Source of the DNA: Thelocarpon superellum
Taxonomy: Eukaryota
Direction of reading: 5' to 3'
DNA: 56,781 nt
Assembly (NCBI GenBank): GCA_026025795.1
Contig: JAPEUG010000071.1
Span: 1 to 56,781 of the forward strand
The position numbers and the translations under genes are program-made. The stretch's first letter is position 1; each line of letters opens with the position of its first letter. Shown here piece after piece: positions 47,352 to 56,781 of the stretch. Under the pieces are notes generated by a model that saw only the letters and a list, made by a program, of their open reading frames with translations, did not search any database and had not been told where the DNA came from.

Positions 47352-50300
47352 ATGCCCCACGCGACGTCCTTCTCAGACGATGAGCTTGAATACATCATCA
47401 ATCATGTCCTCCTCCCTCCTAGGTTACCTCATGAAGACGACGCGGAGGACTGGAAGAAGCAGGATGCTCTCTTACGACTGGTGCATGAGCGTGCACAAGC
47501 ATTCGTCCACCAGTGTTCGCCAAGCCAGCAGACCGCCTGGCAACCGGCCTTGAGAATGCTCGCTCGATCCATCAGTATCAACCAGCAGGGGGTGATCAGC
47601 GAACCCGCGCTCTCTGGTGCTCTCCGGGACATGGCACCACATGGTCAGTGATGTGATGAATGTGATCGTAACAGTTTCTGACCAGCGTCTAGATGCTATC
47701 ATGCTCACCATCAAGGCGCAAAATGCCGGCCTCATCTTCACCAAGGTGCCGGAAGCTTCCGTCGTTGTGGACGCCTTTGAAATTGCCGCGACCACTGAGG
47801 CCGTCGTTGGGACTACCGGGAGGCTGATCCGCACGTTTCCCGGAAGCAGTGTGAGGTTCTCTTCAGACCTCCTCAGAGACCCGCTCTTTCTCGCCCAGGT
47901 GACTGCGAGATTGTGCCAACTGGCCGTGGAAGTCGTTGCTAGCACTATGCCGACCACGAGAAAGGCCGGCGAGACCCTCGTTGAAGAGCGCGATACCGCC
48001 GCACCTTTCTTGGTGACAGAATGTCTCATGAACGTGTTTGCCGCACTCGGTGGCGCCTGTGAGAGCGAGGCCATCCAAAAACACACGCGAGATGACGTGG
48101 TCTATCACCACTCCAAGCTTCCCTGGCGACGTTCGCCATCGTGGCTAGTCCTCCGCGTCGCCCTTCAGATGACTCTATCCCGCGCCTTTCCCCACGACCC
48201 GTGCCACGCCCAGTACAAAAGCTTCATGCTGTTCCTCCTCTCCGACCTCTGCAGCATGGCCACGTTGGCCCATCTACCTGTCGATACCCAGAAGCTGCTC
48301 GCCGCCAAGGTCGCCGGTCGCGTATGGAAGCTTGGTTCGCTCGCGGAAAAGTTCGTTCTCGAGGCGAGTCTGGCAGCCACGCAAGCGACCCGTTGCGCCC
48401 TGGAGTCCGCTTGGGTCGAAGTCCGCGGCGCTGAGATGACCCGTCTCCCGACTCTCCAAACAACAGTTGTGGATAAGGACATGGCCATCGTCTTGAGCCG
48501 CGGGCGAGATCGTTTGGTGCAGGCGATGTTGCCCCCAGCGACATCACCCACGCAGTCCTCATTTCGGCCGCAACATCTCGTTCGCTCTGGCAAGGATGAC
48601 CTAGAATTACCTCAGCTGACCCAGGAACGGGGACCAGATCGCTTTCTCGCATTGGCAGACGTTGAGCTCTGGGTCTCGGGAAACCTCGCCGGTTGGCTCG
48701 ACGGGAGACTTCAGTTCGGAACTGATGTGGATGAGAGTTGCCGATGTCTCGCGGCCCTCCTCCGCGCATACATCACCACGGCCTTGGAGGACTATCAAAA
48801 CAACCCCCGAGAGCGGTCCATGATGCTACTTGTCACCCTGGAGATGTGGGTGGCACTAGACAAGCTCTGTCTGCGCTCCTTACCCCTACTTGCAGAATTC
48901 TCCCCAATAATCCCCCCGACGCTTCTGCAGCCTCTTCTCCTGCCGAGAAAGGATCACCTGGCCCGGCTTGCCGCGGTAGAGCAACATCTCCTACATCGAC
49001 AAAGAGATGTCGCTGGGCCTAGCTCAAGTCTCTTGACAGAGGACGGGCACTCCTCATTTGCGTTCAAGCTTTACGATTCTTCGCTCCCTCATCAGCGGCT
49101 CCGGATGGAAGTTGTTACCGAGGCCACACGGAAGAGAGCCGCGAAGAAGACCGAGTGGGAATCAAAGTCCTCCCAATATCGATCTCTTGTCGAGAGCGCC
49201 CAGTTTCTAGAGCACGACTATGAGATAGACGAGGACGGGATCAGTCAGCATCGGAATTGCACTCGGTGCACCAAGGAAAAGGAAGCCCGAAATATCAGCA
49301 TAAGTTACGATGAATGGCCCCTCCCCGAAAATGAGGCATCTATCCGACGAGTCATCCTGGAACTGTCTGTGCCCTTACCGGTGCTCGTCTGGCGAGAGTC
49401 GACTTGGATGATCCTTCAGGACCTTGGTCGGGCACGCGTCGTTTCGGCAGAGAGCGTGGAAGACATACTATTCGGCTACAGTCTCTTACGCCAACATCAA
49501 AAGATCGACCCCCCACGCATCACACTTGCATCCAGGACCAAGTCATTTCTGCGTGCACATTATCAACGAAAGCGTTTTCCAGTGACGCTTCAAGCGGTAT
49601 GTGTGAAAAATGCCCTGCAACTGCACCTATTCGACAGTTCTCGCTCGGCGTGGATCGCTCGCCAGGATGAGAAGCCCTCACTGAGGCACCTGTGCACCCT
49701 GAATATCCCGTTTGGCCCGTATTTGCAGCTCGGATATGCCGCTAGGGCCTGCGCCCATTCAACGAGTCAAGTCATCGCCGAGCAGAGCGAATGCTCCCCA
49801 AAGCTGACCGTCCTTGAGTATCTGGCCTTTGGGTCTCTCCGGGCTGGCGAGCGTCTCCAATGGCGGAACATCCTCCGCGAGCTGGGATTGTTCAATCTCT
49901 CATTCAACGAGGAGGCCGTCATGTCGCTCATCTTGCAAGCTATTTGGCAAGCCGGATCCCCCGCGCCGGACACAATTTATCGAACAGCTCATGAAGTCTT
50001 TAAGGAGTCCGCTTTCAGCACGCGCTTGCTGGAGATGCTCTGGCGGCGTTTGTCGATGGTTGAGGCTAATTGGAGGGAGCAGAACGCCATGTTCATACTC
50101 GTTGCCATCGCTTTACGTGCGCTTTCGCTTGCACCGACGAGCGACATCGCGGCCAAGGTCATTGCATTTCTTCGATCCGCTCGGGTGATCCTGGGACAAT
50201 GGTCGCGAGATCTGACGGCAATCCAGCACGGGTGTACGGACGAAGATGACAGCAAAAGGAACATGGACATGCTGTCATATGCCGCCTGCATCTGTCGTAT

Positions 50301-53300
50301 GACGTACGACGTCGACTCGCAGCACGTTCGTTCCTTGCTGGCCGATGCTGCCGACGTAGCCACATTCATCGAGTGCTCCGTCCTAGTTCACGATAATACC
50401 GCAGGACGGCAAGACGAGCTTCCTCCGTACCTACGACAGGCAGTGGAACGCAATCAAAAGATATCGCACGCTTCGGAAGACTGGCTTCGACATTTGATCC
50501 TTCAGGATCAAACCGGCATCAACTGTGCGATGGCCAGCATCTGGCAGGACGTCACGATGAGAGACCAGTGGCAAGTTCTTCCCTCACCAAACGAGCGGTG
50601 GGTGATAAATACGACCGCGGATTCGCCTCTCCGACGTCCGCAGTCGGTCTGCTACAACCTCCTGAGTGGCAGTCTCCTCGTGGATGGAAATCCGCTCGGG
50701 AGACTGCCATCGCAATATGTCGAGGATCCGATCTATCGCCGCGTTTTTGGCTCGGTAGGTTATTTTCATCTGTTTACTAGGCACCGCATTAACACATCTA
50801 AGCGCATCCTTCACGTCTTTGCATCGGACATGCCTGGGATGTCGTATATGACTGCACGCGATATCCATGGACATCAGGTGAGTACTCCAAGGCGTCAGCA
50901 CATCATGCCACCCTGACCGGGTTTATAGCTTCATCTGGGCGTCTGGGGCCAACAGCTCCGGATCAAGGCACGGCGTGGGAGCCAGGTACTTGAGTTGATC
51001 CCATTGGAATTCTTTCAAGACGACCTCCCTGAACATTTTGCTGTCAACTTCGTCCACTGGATCAACGTGGAGACAGGCGAAATTGAGTTTCGGCCGCTCT
51101 CGACCCTGTGGCACACGTCCCCAGAAAATTGGCGACTGCACTTTTCGCCCACAGCCTCATCGCGCATGACAAGAGGCCAAGATCAGATGATCGATCATCG
51201 CAGCAACGTAGCCTCTCAGATAATGACCATCCTGAACGCGATAGAGGACAGAACACACATGCACATCACCTGGAAAACTGGGGAAGGTATCGAGGCAGAG
51301 CTTCCACGCTTCAACCTGCGCTTCTTCGTTGATCAGACTGGCCATCTACGGTCTCGAGAGCTCGCGGCTGTGGTCGACCAGGATCAATCGATCGGGACGC
51401 TCTGTGGCCTCTGCAGTCGACTGGTCCTCCGAGACGTGACCTTTCACGAGCATCTGAGTGAACGAAGCGTGCTGGTCCCCCATGGCGTGGTCCACGTCAC
51501 CAAAAGAGGGGAACACGTTCGCGTCCGAGTCAATCCGGGAGACTCTTCGCAGATTCGATACTTCCGTTACAAGCTCGACCTCCACCTTCAGAAGCTTCGT
51601 GGGCCGCCGGGTCGCCTCGGCGAGTTGTACAAGGCCTACTTGCATGCTGTTACGAGCTATGTCCTGGCGGATCCTTTCACGGGGCGGACCGGAACTGAAG
51701 AAGCCCTGATCAGTCTCCGCAATGAGTCTCTACGCTTGTCAACACCCCTCGAAACGGCGGAGACGCGTGTCTTGCATGCTATTGCGGCCCTGTCTCCCAA
51801 ACGCACCTTCTACCCAGTACGTCTACGGAGAATGGAGGTCGTCTTTTGGGATGCAAACCTCTCAGAGCTCGCGCAGCATGAAGAGTTCTCCCTAGCAGCC
51901 CGAGAGATCGAGACCCACGCAGCACGTTTTGCTGCCCTCTACGACGGAAACGCGCCCGAGCAGTCCTCAGGAAGTGGTACGCATGAACACCTTGTCAAGC
52001 GCGCGCGGCTGCGAAATGCTTCATTTAGAAGTTATGAGTCTGGCGGCAACGCGAAACAAGACCGTCTCGACGCTACATACCAGGCCCGAGACAGGGGTCA
52101 GACCAGCGGGCGGGCACGCCGCGCTTTCGAGATAGCATCGCTCATTCGAGAGTGGCCCTCAACAATTCATGTCACACATGCACTCGACACGAGGCTTTGT
52201 CGGTGGGGAACAATCGCAGGCTATGGACAGACGTTCACACAAAGCATATTAACCGAGATACTGGAGCTGTCCATGCCTAACGCTTGGGGAGCGTTGTACA
52301 ATCTCTGTCGATTCTCGACGCGGGAATCGGATACGTACCAACTTATGTTTCTCTTCGGCTTTGTGGCATTTGGGGACGCCGGGTCGCTGCCTGATATCCA
52401 CGTCCTTCTGGCCTTCGCCTTTGGCCGCTTTGAGGATCTTGATCCTCCACCCTACCCTGCTTATGCGCTGGAGGCTGGAGCCCATCCGGTACGGCGGCAG
52501 CTTTCTCGTACAATCCGGAACGCTTGTGTCCCCTTTGAGCGCCGTCGACATGAAAATCACGACCAGCGACAGCGGCGAAGATCAGCCTTTGAACGGGATC
52601 AAGCCGCTCAAGTCGAGAGTTTCTGTCAAAATGCTCTGGACAAGTGGCCATGCGAGGCTCTCAACCTACCCGACCGCTCCGAATTCCCCCTGATCAAGGT
52701 AAAAACTGCGCATCGGCAGGTCGAGGACTTGCTCGCTAGTTGGTTTCACAACAAGCTCTTCCTGGAACATATCAATAGAGTTCAGGAACGTTTGGAACAG
52801 ATGACCATCGCCAACATTGTCACGTTTTGGCCGGAAGTGCCACTGGTCGACTACATCCCGGAATTGCCTTCCCCACGATCGCCTCTGGTCAACCTCTCTG
52901 GCCTCTTGTCGTCGAAATCTCCCCCGCCGTTGGAGAAGTTTATCAGTGCGCTGGTAGCACCCCGTCAGCAAGGCGTGGTCAGCGATGCCAACCGCTACTC
53001 TGAACTTCGGGACATGATCTTGACGCTTCGCAGCAGTCACTGCCCACTTCGCCAAGAGTACGGAAAAGACCTCCAAGAGAGCTTGCAGGCTTTAGAGGCA
53101 GTTCCCAAAGTCGAGAACCCTGTTGGATTTCCCTTCGATATGACGACCCTCTTGACCCATCGACTCGATATCGAAACCCAATTGGAGAAGATGATGTCGC
53201 GGCTAAAGCTCAATTTGGGACCCACCTCACAAATAGATAAGGTGATCGAGAGCGCTGACATCTGGCCTCGCTTGACGCCACAGTCACTCTTGGCGATGTT

Positions 53301-56300
53301 GTCTGCTACGAACTCAGACCAGATCAGCAAGCAGTGGAGGGAATATCTCGTGGTGCTGGGGGAGGTGATCACTCTGCTGCAGCGGGTCAACCGGCTCATC
53401 CGCCTCCAGGGCTTGGGCAACGTCGTTGGCTCCTATCGTGAATCGGAGAATGGAGGCCGCGAGGGATGGAGCGCCGTCGATTATCCGGAGTGGCTCCTGA
53501 TGGAGATCGAGAACGACTTCATGATTCGACGTGTCCAAGCCACCGTCGCGCTCGCGATGATTCGACCCGAAGACGCCCGCAATTCGGTCTTGCAGCTCAA
53601 CATGGGCGAGGGGAAATCCTCGGTCATCATTCCCATGGTGGCCGTGGCTCTAGCCGATCGACGACGGCTCGTTCGTGTGATCGTGCTAAAGCCTCTCCTA
53701 CGGCAGACAGAGTATCTGCTCTCTCAACGCCTGGGTGGTCTGGTCAACCGACGCGTCTATCACACGCCCTTCTCCCGACAAACTCCTCTCGATCCGAGTC
53801 TCGTGGCTCACCTTCAAGAAATCTTTGAGGAATGCAAAGGTAATGGAGGTGTGTTGCTCGCGTTGCCAGAACATATCCTGTCGTTCCGTCTGATGGGCAG
53901 AGAGCGGCTCTCGTATGACCGGACGCTCGCAACACATCTCATGGAGACCGAAAAATGGCTCCAGAAACACGCGAGAGATGTCCTGGACGAGAGCGATGAG
54001 ATTTTGGCCACCCACTTCCAGCTCGTCTACACGACAGGTCTCCAACAGCCCATGGACGGACAACCGGACCGTTGGACGGTCTGCCAAAAGATGTTGTCGT
54101 TGGTGAGGAAGCATGCAGGAGACGTCCAAGCACAAGATCCCGGAGACCTGGAAGTAGGCGGCAGAGAGCATGCCTTTCCCACCCTGCGATTCTGCTCAGA
54201 CCGTGCGGGTCGCGAGCTCGTGTCACGTCTAGTGAGAGACTTAACCCACGGCGCAGGCTCGGGAATCTCCTATGGTCACTGTCCCTCGCAAGTGCAAGAG
54301 GCGGTAGTCCGATTCATCTGCCGCCGTTCGCTGGAGGCGGACGATGCCGATCAAGTGATGCAGTTCTTCGGCAACACAAACTATCAACACATCATCCTGC
54401 TCCTCCGAGGCCTTATTGCGCACGGCATTCTACTCTTCGTGCTGCAGAAGAAGCGGTGGCTGGTCGATTACGGACTGGACCCGAAGCGCTCCCTGATGGC
54501 GGTCCCCTATCGTGCCAAAGGCGTTCCGTCGTTGAATTCGGAATTCGGCCACCCCGACGTCGCTCTCCTCCTGACTTGTCTGAGCTACTACTACACGGGA
54601 CTGACATTCGATCAATTGGGCCAGTGCTTCGATCTCCTCTTCAAGGAAACGGATCCCTCGGACGAATACGATCGCTGGTATGCTGGCTCACCTTCCCTCT
54701 CGGAGAAGCTCCGAGGGCTGCACGCGATCAACCTCGAGGACTCACATCTTCGCACTCAAGACCTGTTCCCGCATCTGCAGTTCAACATGGTGGTCATCGA
54801 CTTTTATCTGAACAAGGTCGTCTTTCCTCGTGAAGGCAAGGAATTTCCCACCAAGCTGTCCGCCTCCGGCTGGGATATCCCGGCGCACGAGAGTGAGCAG
54901 ATCACCACAGGATTTAGCGGCACCAACGACAACCGATTCTTGCTACCGCTGTCGATCCGGCAGGCTGACCTCCCAGAACTTCGACATACCAACGCCATGG
55001 TTCTCAATCTGCTGCTGCAGCCGGAGAATCGGCTGTACCTCTACGCCCGTGATCAGGAGGGCCAGCGCCTCTCGGTAGAAGGGTTGCTGAGACTGATCGC
55101 ACGGCAAGAGCCAAGCATCCAGGTCCTCTTGGATGTCGGCGCTCAAGTGCTAGAGATGAAGAACCGCGAAGTGGCCGAAGCATGGCTGCGCTGTGTCCCG
55201 ACCGCCGAGGCTGCCGTCTTCTTCGATGAAGGTGATGAGGTCATGGTTCTGAGTCGTCGCGGGCTCTATGAACGTCTGGTCGTCTCCCCCTTCCACCATC
55301 GTCTCGAAAATTGCCTCATCTATCTGGATGAGGTACATACCCGTGGCGTTGACCTCGACATCCCCGCCGGCGTGCGTGCCGCCGTTACGCTTGGCCCACG
55401 CCTGATCAAGGACCGACTGGTGCAAGCATGTCTGCGGATGCGGAAGATGGGATGCGGGCATTCTCTGGCCTTCTTTGGCCCGCCCGAGGTCCACCAGAGC
55501 ATCCGGGCCTTTGTCGAGAAAGACTCGACGGCCCAGCTGGATGCGGCAGACGTGGTGCGATGGAGTCTGGAACAGACGTGTAAGCTCACGAAGGATAACA
55601 AGTCCTTGTGGGTGATGCAAGGCTTCGAACACGATCAGCGTACGCGCGCGTGCCGTGCCTTAGCAGCCGGTAGCGCTAGTCTCGAGAGCGTGATGTCGGA
55701 TGATGGTCGCGTCCAGGCCTTTGGAGAACGAATCCAAGTGGCGGAGTCACATACCTTGGAGGAGATGTACGGTCCTCGTTCCGGCCCTTGCGCACCCTCC
55801 TCGAACGCGACGGAAAGTGACGCCGATGATGAGGGCGATGGCGACGTCCTGACCGAATTGCATCGGGTGTGGCATACCTTGGATCCAACAAGCGTCCGGG
55901 ATGGTGTCATGCACGAGGAGCAGGAGCGAGAAGTGGCGCATGAGATCGAGCGAGAGCGGCAAGTCCAGCGGCCGGGAAAGCTGGGCTTTCGAGCTTCACA
56001 TCTCCATCCGACGGTTAAGCATTTCGTCCAATATGGTACCTTCCCTCCCGGCAATATCCAGGACGCGGTTCGATCGGCCGCTCGAAGCCTCGATCACACC
56101 ATGGTGACTCGGCTTCTCGCGGATGCAGACATGTGGCCGCAGCTCTGGGCCACGGTCGACTTTGCCCAGACGGTGGATGCGAAGGGCGGGCATACTGACG
56201 AGTACTTGCGCCCGGTCAACTGGATCTTGACGAGCAGTGCAAGCCATGCGGCGGTCATCATCAGCCCTTACGAAGCGAACGAGCTGATTCCGACAATCAA

Positions 56301-56757
56301 GCGATCCAACAGGGTGCGACTGCACATGTATGCCGCCCGCACGACAGGCACCATGGTTTCGTTCGCCGACCTGTCCTTCTACACATTGACTGGAGACACC
56401 CCTCCTTACGAGGCCCCGCCGGCCATGATCCGAAATCTACACCTCTTCGGCGGCAGCCTCTACCTGGATGACTGGACGCAGTATTGCGCCGTGTGCCACC
56501 ACTTGGGTATCCTGATGAAGCGCGACACAATCGACGACGGCGTCCGCGTGTCGAGCGATGGCTTCGTCGATGAAGCCGGACGAGCCCTGCTCCGATGGCC
56601 GGTCAGCTCCCCCTTCAAGACAAGCCCGCTGCCCTTCCTCAAGGCGCTGCTCGGTCTTCGCATGAAGGGTGGTAGCTTTCCGCAGACGCACTTGGGGTCC
56701 TTGGTTGAGGGGAGGACGTTAGGAGCAGAATCATTTGAAGAGCGTCAAGATCGATAA
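47352..56757 (+). CDS. Giant (~3,080 aa) DUF6606 + DUF3638 + DUF3645-type protein with an SF2-like P-loop ATPase module; 4 exons (introns 47644-47692, 50755-50802, 50878-50928)
   Basis: N-terminal YIINHVLLPPRLP, AQNAGLIF, PWRRSPSWLVLRVALQ; LYKAYLHAVTSYVLADPFTGRTGTEEAL; QLNMGEGKSSVI; DVLDESDEIL; MAVPYRAKGVPSLNSEFGHPDV; GFSGTND; YLDEVHTRGVDL; HEEQEREVAHEIERERQ. Confidence 0.88.
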
Positions 56758-56781
56758 GTAGCGGTCACACTCACGTTACTT

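Noticed and set aside
1..56781. Transposons, Starship captain, tRNA or rRNA genes, secondary-metabolite cluster
   Set aside because: No transposase, reverse transcriptase, tyrosine recombinase, PKS/NRPS or structural RNA signatures were recognised by eye. A tRNAscan/Infernal/RepeatMasker run would be needed to exclude them fully.

Overview
Eukaryotic genomic DNA from a GC-rich filamentous ascomycete (Pezizomycotina-type genes with short spliceosomal introns and CTRAC-type branch sites). It holds about 16 intron-containing or single-exon protein-coding genes. In order: a RasGEF, a FAM32A/DUF1754 protein, a conserved hypothetical, the Hcs1/SMUBP-2 SF1 helicase, a second hypothetical, a DUF202 membrane protein, glutathione peroxidase Hyr1, a SUN/GH132 glucanase, a membrane-anchored A1 aspartic pseudo-protease with a (GAA)23 poly-Glu tail, a Pex24/28/29 peroxin, a Pom1-type DYRK kinase, the Ste2 alpha-factor receptor, an MDC1-like tandem-BRCT protein, translin, GPI11/PIG-F, and a ~3,080-aa DUF6606/DUF3638/DUF3645-type giant protein. 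I recognised no rRNA, tRNA, CRISPR array or intact transposon. The two strongest leads are (i) a cryptic, heavily diverged ~29-copy 19-bp tandem array at 4145-4691, whose consensus unit is a small hairpin and which is crossed by an open frame, and (ii) the giant protein, whose ATPase motifs are arranged like SecA rather than a typical nucleic-acid helicase. All family assignments come from recalled motifs, not database searches, and exon boundaries are read by eye.
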